This document shows positions 52,889 to 61,875 of a stretch of DNA of 64,000 nucleotides, one piece after another. The DNA is from Angustibacter luteus (GTDB taxonomy: Bacteria; Actinomycetota; Actinomycetes; Actinomycetales; Angustibacteraceae), in the NCBI RefSeq assembly GCF_039541115.1, contig NZ_BAABFP010000005.1, positions 1 through 64,000 on the forward strand, in the 5' to 3' direction. The notes under the pieces were generated by a model. The model did not search any database, was not told the DNA's origin, and saw only the letters and a list, made by a program, of their open reading frames with translations. Both the position numbers and the translations under genes were made by a program. Every line of letters begins with the position of its first letter. The stretch's first letter is position 1.

Positions 52889-53506
52889 ATGCTGCGCAGG
52901 ACTGCTCTGCTGCTCGTTCTCGGTGTCGTCGCGGTGACGACCGCGGGGTGCAGCGGCGACGGTGGGTCGTCGTCCCAGCCGGCCGGGAAGCCGACCGCCA
53001 CGCCAGCGGTCACCCCGGGGGCCGCGCCCGCCGATACGAAGTCCGTGACCGTGGGCCCGATCAGCATCGCGGTGCCCACCACGATGACGCTGTTGAGCGG
53101 GCTGAGCGCCCAGCCGGGCCAGACCGTGGTCGGCTACCGGACCGCCGCCCCTGGCGCCGACGGGCGTTCCGGCGCGCTGGTCGTGACGACGTCCGTGGAT
53201 GCCACCCGGACCGCGCAGGCCGAGGCCGAGGCGCTGGCCAAGGCCAAGGTGGACCTGCACCAGGCCAAGGACGTCCAGGTGGCACCGGTCACCTGGCCCG
53301 GCCTGGACAGCGCCTACACCGTGACCTACGAGGACGCCTCCGGCACGGCGGCCGGGCAGCAGCCCCTGCACACCCTCGTGCTGATCGGCACCACCGCCGA
53401 CAAGAAGGGCGTCAACGTGACGGCCAAGGCGCCCCCGGACGTGTTCACCAGCCAGTCGTTCGCGCAGATCGTCGGCTCGGTGCGCGCGGCGGGCACCAGC
53501 AGCTGA
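52889..53506 (+). CDS. Hypothetical lipoprotein (possibly PsbP/Mog1-like fold)
   Basis: Lipobox TAGC, P/T/A linker, beta-rich domain ending IVGSV; -10 TATAGT at 52817. Confidence 0.75.
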   Translation: MLRRTALLLVLGVVAVTTAGCSGDGGSSSQPAGKPTATPAVTPGAAPADTKSVTVGPISIAVPTTMTLLSGLSAQPGQTVVGYRTAAPGADGRSGALVVTTSVDATRTAQAEAEALAKAKVDLHQAKDVQVAPVTWPGLDSAYTVTYEDASGTAAGQQPLHTLVLIGTTADKKGVNVTAKAPPDVFTSQSFAQIVGSVRAAGTSS

Positions 53507-53553
53507 GCACGCGGGTCCCCGGCGTCCGCACCGGCGTGACGTAGGGTGACGGC

Positions 53554-54198
53554 GTGACAGCGTCGACGCCGCGGCCCTCAGCCGCAGAGCCGGCCCCGAC
53601 GCCCGTCCCCGTGACCATCTGGAACGTGGCCAACGCCCTCACCGGGCTGCGTCTGGTGCTGGTGCCGGTCTTCGGGGTGCTCCTGCTGCACGACGACGGG
53701 ACGCAGGCGGGGTGGCGGGTCGCCGCCTTCGTCGCCTTCTTCGTCGCCTCCATCACCGACCGCTTCGACGGCGAGCTGGCCCGCAAGCGCGGCCTGGTCA
53801 CCGACCTCGGCAAGATCGCCGACCCGATCGCGGACAAGGCGCTCACCGGGATGGCGCTGATCGGGCTGTCCCTGCTCGGCGAGCTGCAGTGGTGGGTCAC
53901 CATCGTCGTGCTGGTCCGCGAGGTGGGCATCACCGTGCTGCGCCTCGTCGTGATCCGGCACGGCGTGATGCCGGCCAGCCGCGGCGGCAAGATCAAGACC
54001 TTCGTCCAGGCCCTGGCGATCGGGCTCTACGTCCTGCCGCGCGACGTCATCCCGCTCGAGGTCGCTCAGGTGGTGATGGCGGTCGCCGTGGTGATCACGG
54101 TGGTGACCGGGCTGGACTACGTGGCCCGGGCGGTCCGGCTGCGCCGCACCAGCCCGCGGGCCGCCGCCAAGCGCGCTCGCCGGCAGGCCGGTGGCTGA
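53554..54198 (+). CDS. pgsA: CDP-diacylglycerol--glycerol-3-phosphate phosphatidyltransferase
   Basis: NVANALTGLR, TDRFDGELAR...GKIADPIADK, GGKIKT. Confidence 0.95.
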   Translation: MTASTPRPSAAEPAPTPVPVTIWNVANALTGLRLVLVPVFGVLLLHDDGTQAGWRVAAFVAFFVASITDRFDGELARKRGLVTDLGKIADPIADKALTGMALIGLSLLGELQWWVTIVVLVREVGITVLRLVVIRHGVMPASRGGKIKTFVQALAIGLYVLPRDVIPLEVAQVVMAVAVVITVVTGLDYVARAVRLRRTSPRAAAKRARRQAGG

Positions 54199-54231
54199 GG
54201 AGCGGGTGGCTGAGGAGCGGGTGGCTGAGGA
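54191..54231. repeat. 15-bp tandem repeat GTGGCTGAGGAGCGG (2.7 copies)
   Basis: Direct reading; spans the pgsA stop and cinA start. Confidence 0.85.
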
Positions 54232-54727
54232 CCCCGAGGCCGCCCGGCTGGTGTCGCTGCTGACTGCGGCGAGGCTGACCGTCGCGACCGCGGAGTCGCT
54301 GACCGGCGGGCTGTTGGCCGGGGCGGTCACCGCCGTGCCCGGCGCCTCCCAGGTCTTCCGTGGTGGCGTGGTCGCCTACGCCACCGACCTGAAGCACGAC
54401 CAGCTCGGCGTGGACGCGGACCTGCTGGCGGGGGTCGGTGCCGTGCACCCTCGGGTCGCGGCCGCGATGGCGGACGGGGCGCGGCGCCGGCTCGGCGCCG
54501 ACCTCGGGCTGGCCACCACGGGGGTCGCCGGACCCGATCCGCAGGACGGCCACCCACCCGGGGTCGTGTGGGTCGGTCTGGCGGACGCGCGGGGATCGTG
54601 GGCCGTCGACGCGACCACCGACGGAGCCGCCGGGCGCGCGGGTGTGCGGGCCGCCACGGTGCGCGCGGCGCTCGCCGCCGCCGTCCGGCTGCTGACCGGG
54701 GAAGATCCGCCAGCCGCCCACCGTTAG
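54191..54727 (+). CDS. cinA: CinA C-terminal domain (PncC, NMN deamidase) protein
   Basis: ATAESLTGG, GASQVFRGGVVAY, TTGVAGP. Confidence 0.92.
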   Translation: MAEERVAEERVAEDPEAARLVSLLTAARLTVATAESLTGGLLAGAVTAVPGASQVFRGGVVAYATDLKHDQLGVDADLLAGVGAVHPRVAAAMADGARRRLGADLGLATTGVAGPDPQDGHPPGVVWVGLADARGSWAVDATTDGAAGRAGVRAATVRAALAAAVRLLTGEDPPAAHR

Positions 54728-54856
54728 TCCGTTCGGCGTGCCGTGCCGCAGGGGGCACGCTGTGGCTGCGACCGACGAGGTACGGTGGTCGTTGCAGGGC
54801 GAGTACGTGCCGGGGTCGAACGGCCGCGGGCACCCGAGAGGGACCAGGGAGGCGTC

Positions 54857-55177
54857 ATGGTGCTGCTCCGTCAGGAGATCGGTGATGTGCTGCGCGAGCA
54901 GCGCCAGCAGCAGAGCCGCACCCTGCGCGAGGTCTCGGCCAAGGCCCGGGTCTCCCTGGGGTACCTCAGCGAGGTCGAGCGGGGCCAGAAGGAGGCGTCC
55001 AGCGAGCTGCTGGCCTCGATCTGCGGCGCACTGGACTTCCCTCTCTCCCGCGTCCTCAGCCAGGTCAGCGAGCGGGTGGCGGACGCCGAGCGCGTCGTCA
55101 CCTCGGGTCAGCCGCACGTCGCGGCGCTGCCGGTGAGCCCGCAGACCATCAGCAACAGCCTGGTCAGTGCGGCCTGA
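54857..55177 (+). CDS. clgR: ClgR-like XRE regulator
   Basis: [11 protein letters not shown]...[29 protein letters not shown]; follows cinA. Confidence 0.92.
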   Translation: MVLLRQEIGDVLREQRQQQSRTLREVSAKARVSLGYLSEVERGQKEASSELLASICGALDFPLSRVLSQVSERVADAERVVTSGQPHVAALPVSPQTISNSLVSAA

Positions 55178-55183
55178 CGGTCG

Positions 55184-56128
55184 CTAGACCGGCAGCACGC
55201 TCGCGCGGATCGTCGCGCCCTCGTCGCGGGACGGGTAGGACGTCTGCGTCCCTTCCCGACTGACGCTCCACGACGCGCACGCGCAGCCCAGCCGGGCGGC
55301 CTCGACCGCACCCAGACCCTCGGCGAGGCCGACGGCAAAGGCGCCGACGAAGCCGTCGCCGGCCCCGGTGGTGTCCACCGCGCTCGTCGGCGGAGCAGGC
55401 ACCCGGTGCACGGCGCCCTCGACCAGCACGCTCGCGCCGTCCGGGCCCAGGGTCACCACGACCGCGCACCCCAACGCCCGGCCCAGGGCCTGCACCTGGG
55501 CGTCGTCGTGCGCGTCCGCGTCGTCCGCGCCGCAGATCCCGTGCTCCACGGCGAGCTCAGCGAACTCGACCTCGTTGGGTGCCACCCAGTCGGCCGCAGC
55601 CAGCAGGTCGGGCTGGACGGACGAGTACGGCGCCGGGTTGAGCACCGTGACCGCGCCACGGCGCCGTGCCGCGGCCAGTCCGGCTGCGGTGGCGGCCTGG
55701 GGAACCTCGAGCTGCCCCACCACGACCTGGACCTCGTCAAGCCCTTCGACGGCCGTCGCGGCGTCCGGTGCCGTCAGCGCCGCGTTGGCGCCGGGGACCA
55801 CGATGATCCGGTTGGTGCCGTCCGCCTCGACCCAGATGGGTGCCACGCCGCTCGGGCCGGGTCGGCGCGCCAGGTGCCCGACGTCCACGCCCTCGTCCGC
55901 GAGGTGGCGGTGGTACGCCTCCCCGTAGGCGTCGTCCCCCAGGCACCCCACGAACACCACGCGGGCGCCGAGCCGGCTCGCCATGACGGCCTGGTTCGCG
56001 CCCTTGCCGCCAAACCCCACCACGAAGCGGTCGCCGACGACGGTCTCACCGGCCGCGGGCGCGCGCGCCACGTACGTCACGAGGTCCGTCATCGTGCTGC
56101 CGACTATGGCGATCACCGGGGAGGTCAT
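55184..56128 (-). CDS. Ribokinase/deoxyribokinase (PfkB family)
   Basis: GSTMTDL, GGKGANQA, PNEVE, DTTGAGD; ATGA overlap with nei. Confidence 0.92.
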   Translation of the reverse strand: MTSPVIAIVGSTMTDLVTYVARAPAAGETVVGDRFVVGFGGKGANQAVMASRLGARVVFVGCLGDDAYGEAYHRHLADEGVDVGHLARRPGPSGVAPIWVEADGTNRIIVVPGANAALTAPDAATAVEGLDEVQVVVGQLEVPQAATAAGLAAARRRGAVTVLNPAPYSSVQPDLLAAADWVAPNEVEFAELAVEHGICGADDADAHDDAQVQALGRALGCAVVVTLGPDGASVLVEGAVHRVPAPPTSAVDTTGAGDGFVGAFAVGLAEGLGAVEAARLGCACASWSVSREGTQTSYPSRDEGATIRASVLPV

Positions 56129-56937
56129 GGCGGTGATCCTGCCGCAGGTGGCTGGCAGTGCGGGCAGAAGAACGCGACCCGCTCGCGCGGGGCGCTGCCG
56201 ATCGGCTCGACCCGGATCGGCGTGCCACACCGTCGGCACGGCTGGCGTGCCCTGCCGTGCACCCAGCTGGTGGCACCACGGCGGGTGTCGCCGGTCGTGC
56301 TCTGCACCGCCCGGTCGACGTTCGAGCGCATCAGGGCGCCGATCCGTTCGAGCAGCCGGTCGCGACGACGGACGTCGGCGACGGGCGTCCAGGGGCTGGT
56401 GCCGTGCAGGAAGAGGCTCTCGGCCATGTACAGGGTGCCGACCCCGGCGAGCACCCGCTGGTCCAGCAGCGCGTCCCCGATGCGGCGGTCCGGCTGCCCG
56501 TCGAGGGTGGCGAGGACCACGGCGGCGTCCCAGTCCGGGCCGAGCACGTCCGGACCCAGATGGCCGACCAGCGTGTCCTCCTCGGCCGTCGGGACCAGGT
56601 CGAGCATGCCGAGCCGGTGTCCGACCGCCGTCCACTCGTCGTTGGCCAGGATCGCTCGGACCCCGTCGGCGCCGCGGGCCGACGTCCACGGCCCGCCCGT
56701 GCGGTGGACGTGCCACGAGCCTTCCATGCGCAGGTGGCTGTGCAGCGTCCGCGGCGTGCTGCCGGTGACCCTGATGAGCAGGTGCTTGCCGCGCGGAACG
56801 ACCTCGCGCACGGTGCGGGCGCTCAGGTCGACGGTGGCCAAGGAGGGCCACCGCAGGTCACTGAGCACCAGGGCACGGCCGGCCAGGGCGGCGTGCAGGC
56901 GGTGCGCCGTGCGCGCGACGACGTCACCCTCGGGCAC
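56125..56937 (-). CDS. nei: Fpg/Nei family DNA glycosylase (Nei2-like)
   Basis: N-terminal MPEGD, RGKHLL, HLRMEG, H2TH, CRRC...CPHC zinc finger. Confidence 0.95.
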   Translation of the reverse strand: MPEGDVVARTAHRLHAALAGRALVLSDLRWPSLATVDLSARTVREVVPRGKHLLIRVTGSTPRTLHSHLRMEGSWHVHRTGGPWTSARGADGVRAILANDEWTAVGHRLGMLDLVPTAEEDTLVGHLGPDVLGPDWDAAVVLATLDGQPDRRIGDALLDQRVLAGVGTLYMAESLFLHGTSPWTPVADVRRRDRLLERIGALMRSNVDRAVQSTTGDTRRGATSWVHGRARQPCRRCGTPIRVEPIGSAPRERVAFFCPHCQPPAAGSPP

Positions 56938-56938
56938 G

Positions 56939-59900
56939 TCAGCGCCTCAGCCGCAGGCCCCGCGGGGTGGCGTGGAACCCCGCGGCCTCCAGCGCCGCCA
57001 CCATCGGGTGCCCCGAACCGAGCAGGCCAGCGCCGTCGGCGCGTTCCACCGTGAGCTTGCCCAAGGCGCCCTCGCGGACCGCGAGCGCCAGCGCGTCGGC
57101 CGCGGCGGACAGGTGCTGCTCGTCCTCGGTGAAGGAGAGCAGCGTCCGGCCCCCGCGCTCCACGTAGAGCACCAGGTCGCCGTCGTGCAGCACCACCAGG
57201 GCGCCGGCCTTGCGACCGGGGCGGTGCTGCGCGGCCGATCCCGCCGGTGCTTCGCCGCTCGCGGTGCGCTCGGGCCACGGCAGGGCGGCGCCATAGGGGT
57301 TGGCGGGGTCGGCCGCAGCGATGACGAGGGTCTGGGCGGGCCCGGCCTCGAGCGCGCGCAGCCGGTCCACCGGGCCCGTTGTGGCGAACTGGGCGGCGCC
57401 CAGCCCGTCGACGTAGTAGCCCCGACGGACCCGCCCGGCGTCCTCGAACGCCGACAGCACGCGGTAGACGGCTGCGAAGCCTCCCGGGGCTCCCTCGGCG
57501 GTCACGGCGCCTCGGGTCAGGACGCCGTGCCGGTCCAGCAGGGTCTCGGCCAGGGCAGCGGCCCGTGCGGTGGGCTCGAGGTCGACCGGAGGGAGCAGGG
57601 ACCAGCGGCCGGCCGTGCCGGGGGGGCCGGTGCGGCTCGGCATCGCGGCTCGCCCCGGGATGCTGGGGCGGCCGGTGACGGCTGCCGGGCCCGAGACCGA
57701 GCCGCGCGACGTCGCGTACCGGCTGCGGCGGGGGCCGACCCGGGCGGGGCGGTGCGCCGTCCGGCCACCGGAGAGCCGAGCCCGCAGCGGCGCCACGGTG
57801 TCGCCGGTGACTCGGGCCGACCAGACCAGCTCCCACAACGCCACGGCGAGACCGGCGTCGTCCGTCGACCCGACCGTGTCGGACAGGGAGCGGAAGAAGA
57901 ACGCGCCCCCGCTGGACAAGGCGTCCAGTACCGCCTCGTGGGTGCTGTTGAGCTCCAGCTCGGCTGGTGCAGGCAGGGTCAGCGGGGCGCCATCGGCGAG
58001 GTGCAGGGACACCCAGCCGTCGTCGCCGGGCAGTGCGCCGTGCCCGCACCACAGCACCTCGCCGGAGGAGGTGAGCTCGTCCAGCAGCGCGGGGCCGTAC
58101 CCGGCGACGCGGTGCGGCAGGACCAAGGTCTCGATCGCGCTGGCCGGCAGCACGGCGCCGTCCAGCTGCTCGATCGCGCGCAGCAGCCCGGCGACGCCGC
58201 GGCCGTGCCGCCCGGCGAGCCCCTGCCACTGCGGCAGGAACCGGGCCAGGTCGCGGGCCGGTACCGGCTCGACCTGCTGGCGCAGGGCGGCGAGCGACCG
58301 GCGGCGCAGCGTGCGCAGCACCTCGGCGTCGCACAGCTCGAGCCCCTGGCCGCTCGGCCGCAGCTCACCCTCGACGAGCCGTCCGTTGCCGACCAGCCGG
58401 GCGGTCGCGGCCCCAGCCACGGCAGGCCCGAGCCCGAAGCGTTCGGCGACCTCGGCGATCGTGAACGGCGTGTGGGTCCGTGCGAAGCGGGAGACCAGCT
58501 CGCCCAGCGGATCGGCCACGGGCGCGAGGAACACCTCGGCGATGCCCACGGGCAACGGCGCCCCGAGGGCGTCCCGCAGCCGCCCGGCGTCCTCGACGAC
58601 GGCCCACCGCTGGTCACCGGCGATGCGCACCCGGATCACCCGTCGCGAGGCCTCCAGGGACTCCAGCCACTGGGTGACCTCGGCCTCGTCGGCCGGGCCG
58701 GCCCGGGCCGCCACCTCGGCGGTGGACAACGGGCCGAGGACGCGCAGCAGGTCCGCCACGTCCTCCCCGTGCCGGGCCGCCCGCTCCGGCAGCAGGTGCT
58801 GCAGCTCGCGTTCGGTCCGCTCGACCGCCGCTGGGTCGAGCAGGTCACGCAGCGCGGCGCCCTCGCCGCGACCGAGGAGCTCGGACAGCAGGGTCGGGTC
58901 CAGCGCGAGGGCGGCGGCCCGCCGCTCGGCGAGAGGTGAGTCGCCCTCGTAGAGGAACTGCGCGACGTACCCGAACATCAGGCTGCGGGCGAAGGGCGAC
59001 GGCTGGGTCGACTCGATCTCGACGACCTGGACCCGGCGTGCGGTGATGTCGCGCATCAGGTCGGCCAGCCCGGGCACGTCGAACACGTCCTGCAGGCACT
59101 CACGAACCGTCTCGAGCACGATCGGGAAGTCGGCGTAGCCGCTGGCGACCTCGAGCAGCTGGGCGCTGCGTTGCCGCTGCTGCCACAGGGGCTGACGCTG
59201 GCCCGGGCGGCGTCGGGGCAGCAGCAGGGCTCGCCCGGCGCACTCGCGGAAGCGGGAGGCGAACAGCGCGGACCCGCCGATCTGCTCAGTGATGAGGTCG
59301 TGCACGTCGTCCGGGTCGAAGGTCACCAGGGACGCCACGTCGATGGCCGGACCGTCGTCCAGCTCGACGTCCGGAAGGCGCAGCACCAGCCCGTCGTCTC
59401 CGTGCATCGCCTGCACGTCCACCCCGAACCGTTCGCGCATCCGCGCGCTCACCGCCAGTGCCCAGGGTGCGTGCACCTGGGCGCCGAACGGGGAGTGCAC
59501 GACCACGCGCCAGTCGCCCAGCTCGTCCCGGAACCGTTCGACCACGATGGTCCGGTCGTCCGGGAGGTGTCCGCACGCCTCGCGCTGCTCCTCCAGGTAG
59601 GCGAGCAGGTTGTCCGTGGCCCAGTCGTCGAGGCCGGCTCGCCGCACCCGTTCGCGGGCGGCGTCCGGCGCCAGCGCACCGACCTCGCGGACGAACGCGC
59701 CGACCGCGCGACCCAGCTCGGCCGGTCGACCGAGCGAGTCGCCGTGCCAGAACGGCAGCTTCCCGGGTTGGCCCGGCGCCGGGGTGACGAGCACCCGGTC
59801 GTGGGTGATGTCCTCGATCCGCCAGGAGGAGGACCCCAGGGTGAAGACGTCGGAGACCCGGGACTCGTAGACCATCTCCTCGTCGAGCTCGCCGACCCGC

Positions 59901-61588
59901 CGTCCGGGCCCGTCTCCGGACGCCAGGAACACGCCGAACAGGCCACGGTCGGGGATGGTGCCGCCACTGGTCACGGCCAGGCGCTGCGCGCCGGGGCGGC
60001 CCGTCAGCAGGTCCGCGTGCCGGTCCCACACGAGCCGAGGCCGCAGCTCGGCGAACTCCTCGCTCGGGTACCGGCCCGCCAGCATGTCCAGCACCGCTTC
60101 GAGGACGTGCCGGGTCAGCGTGCCGAACGGCGCGGCCCGGCCGACCAGGGCGGCCAGGTCGTCGACCGACCAGTCGTCCATCGCGCACATCGCGACCACC
60201 TGCTGGGCGAGCACGTCCAACGGGTTCGCCGGGACGCGCAGCGCCTCGATCGCACCAGCTCGCATGCGCTCCACCACCACGGCGGTCTGCACGAGGTCGC
60301 CACGGAACTTGGGGAAGAGGACGCCGCGCGAGACCGCGCCCACCTGGTGCCCGGCCCGGCCGACCCGCTGCAGCCCGGATGCCACGCTCGGCGGCGACTC
60401 GACCTGCACCACGAGGTCCACCGCGCCCATGTCGATGCCGAGCTCGAGCGAGCTGGTCGCCACCACGGCAGGCAACCGCCCCGCCTTGAGGTCCTCCTCG
60501 ATGATCGCCCGCTGCTCCTTGCTCACCGACCCGTGGTGAGCGCGAGCGAGCACCGCCGGGGCGCCGTGACTGGCGCCGGCCTGCGCCATGAGCTGGGCCG
60601 GGGTCCGGGCGGTCGTGGACGCCGGGGCCGAGCTCGGTTCGGAGTCCGTGGCCGCGTCGAGCCGCTCCTGCCACACCTCGTTGAGCCGTGCCGTGAGGCG
60701 CTCGGCGAGGCGGCGCGAGTTGGCGAACACCAGTGTGGAGGAGTGGTCGGCCACCAGGTCGACGACCCGTTCCTCGACGTGCGGCCAGATGGACGTCCGG
60801 GCCGGGTCGCCCGCCGCCGGACCCTCGAGGTCCCCGGTCGGCTCGCCGATGGCGCCGAGGTCCGGCACCGGCACGACGACCCGCAGGTCGAACTGCTTCT
60901 CGGACGGCGGCTGAACCACGGTCACCGGCCGCCCGCCGGCCAGGAACCGTGCCACCTCGTCGACCGGGCGCACGGTGGCCGACAGGCCGATGCGCTGGGC
61001 CGGCTCCGGCAGCAGGGCGTCCAGCCGCTCGAGGGACAGCGCGAGGTGCGCGCCCCGCTTGGTGCCCGCGACGGCGTGCACCTCGTCCAGGATCACCGTC
61101 TGCACCCCGGCCAGGGCCTCCCGGGCCTGCGAGGTGAGCAGCAGGAAGAGCGACTCCGGGGTCGTGATGAGCACGTCGGTGGGCGTGCGCGCGAACAACC
61201 GGCGGTCCTTGGCGGACGTGTCGCCCGAGCGGAGCCCGACGCTCACCTGCGGCTGCGGGAGGCCGAGCCGCGACGCCGCGTGGCCGATCCCGGTGAGTGG
61301 GCCGCGCAGGTTGCGCTCGACGTCCACCGCCAGCGCCTTGAGCGGCGAGACGTACAGCACCCGGCAGCGGCGCAGTACCTCGGCCGGCGGCGGCTCGCTC
61401 GCGAGCCGGTCGAGCGCCCACAGGAAGGCGGACAGCGTCTTGCCCGAGCCGGTGGGTGCCACCACCAGGGCGTGCTGGCCGGTGCTGATCGCGTCCCACG
61501 CGCCGACCTGCGCGGACGTCGGCGCGGCGAACGCCCCGCGGAACCACTCGCGGGTGGCGGGGGAGAAGCGGTCCAGGACGTCCGGCAC
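56939..61588 (-). CDS. lhr: Lhr family ATP-dependent helicase (long form)
   Basis: APTGSGKT, DEVH, GLSAT, HHGS, QRVGRAGH; C-terminal DPANPYGA; GTG 61588 fits a leaderless start. Confidence 0.96.
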   Translation of the reverse strand: MPDVLDRFSPATREWFRGAFAAPTSAQVGAWDAISTGQHALVVAPTGSGKTLSAFLWALDRLASEPPPAEVLRRCRVLYVSPLKALAVDVERNLRGPLTGIGHAASRLGLPQPQVSVGLRSGDTSAKDRRLFARTPTDVLITTPESLFLLLTSQAREALAGVQTVILDEVHAVAGTKRGAHLALSLERLDALLPEPAQRIGLSATVRPVDEVARFLAGGRPVTVVQPPSEKQFDLRVVVPVPDLGAIGEPTGDLEGPAAGDPARTSIWPHVEERVVDLVADHSSTLVFANSRRLAERLTARLNEVWQERLDAATDSEPSSAPASTTARTPAQLMAQAGASHGAPAVLARAHHGSVSKEQRAIIEEDLKAGRLPAVVATSSLELGIDMGAVDLVVQVESPPSVASGLQRVGRAGHQVGAVSRGVLFPKFRGDLVQTAVVVERMRAGAIEALRVPANPLDVLAQQVVAMCAMDDWSVDDLAALVGRAAPFGTLTRHVLEAVLDMLAGRYPSEEFAELRPRLVWDRHADLLTGRPGAQRLAVTSGGTIPDRGLFGVFLASGDGPGRRVGELDEEMVYESRVSDVFTLGSSSWRIEDITHDRVLVTPAPGQPGKLPFWHGDSLGRPAELGRAVGAFVREVGALAPDAARERVRRAGLDDWATDNLLAYLEEQREACGHLPDDRTIVVERFRDELGDWRVVVHSPFGAQVHAPWALAVSARMRERFGVDVQAMHGDDGLVLRLPDVELDDGPAIDVASLVTFDPDDVHDLITEQIGGSALFASRFRECAGRALLLPRRRPGQRQPLWQQRQRSAQLLEVASGYADFPIVLETVRECLQDVFDVPGLADLMRDITARRVQVVEIESTQPSPFARSLMFGYVAQFLYEGDSPLAERRAAALALDPTLLSELLGRGEGAALRDLLDPAAVERTERELQHLLPERAARHGEDVADLLRVLGPLSTAEVAARAGPADEAEVTQWLESLEASRRVIRVRIAGDQRWAVVEDAGRLRDALGAPLPVGIAEVFLAPVADPLGELVSRFARTHTPFTIAEVAERFGLGPAVAGAATARLVGNGRLVEGELRPSGQGLELCDAEVLRTLRRRSLAALRQQVEPVPARDLARFLPQWQGLAGRHGRGVAGLLRAIEQLDGAVLPASAIETLVLPHRVAGYGPALLDELTSSGEVLWCGHGALPGDDGWVSLHLADGAPLTLPAPAELELNSTHEAVLDALSSGGAFFFRSLSDTVGSTDDAGLAVALWELVWSARVTGDTVAPLRARLSGGRTAHRPARVGPRRSRYATSRGSVSGPAAVTGRPSIPGRAAMPSRTGPPGTAGRWSLLPPVDLEPTARAAALAETLLDRHGVLTRGAVTAEGAPGGFAAVYRVLSAFEDAGRVRRGYYVDGLGAAQFATTGPVDRLRALEAGPAQTLVIAAADPANPYGAALPWPERTASGEAPAGSAAQHRPGRKAGALVVLHDGDLVLYVERGGRTLLSFTEDEQHLSAAADALALAVREGALGKLTVERADGAGLLGSGHPMVAALEAAGFHATPRGLRLRR

Positions 61589-61595
61589 GTCCCTG

Positions 61596-61618
61596 ATGGT
61601 GTCACCGACCGCCGACAA
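61596..61618 (-). promoter_or_regulatory. PafBC/RecA-NDp-type DNA-damage promoter of lhr
   Basis: tTGTCGG-N10-CACCAT, 7 nt before GTG 61588. Confidence 0.65.
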
Positions 61619-61643
61619 CGGCCCACGTGCGATGCTGGCGCGC

Positions 61644-61871
61644 GTGCGACACAGCGAGTTCTGGCAGCTGATGGAGGAGGAGTTCGGCCCCGGCTACGCC
61701 CGGACCGTGGCCCGCGACCAGGTCGTCGCGGCGCTCGGTGGCCGCACCGCCGAGCAGGCGCTCGCCGACCACGTGTCCCCGCGGGACGTCTGGCTGGCCC
61801 TCTGCGACGCCATGGACGTCCCGCTCGAGCACCGTTGGGGTCGGGAGAAGAACCGCAAGGCGCACGGCTGA
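61644..61871 (+). CDS. DUF3046 family protein
   Basis: VRHSEFWQLMEEEFG...LGGRTAEQAL...VWLALC; divergent from lhr. Confidence 0.88.
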   Translation: MRHSEFWQLMEEEFGPGYARTVARDQVVAALGGRTAEQALADHVSPRDVWLALCDAMDVPLEHRWGREKNRKAHG

Positions 61872-61875
61872 ACGG

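Noticed and set aside
37055..53553. Tad island and satellite as mobile elements
   Set aside because: No integrase, transposase, tRNA target or flanking direct repeats seen; composition is close to the host
54755..54810. ClgR auto-operator upstream of clgR
   Set aside because: No clean CGC-N5-GCG dyad found
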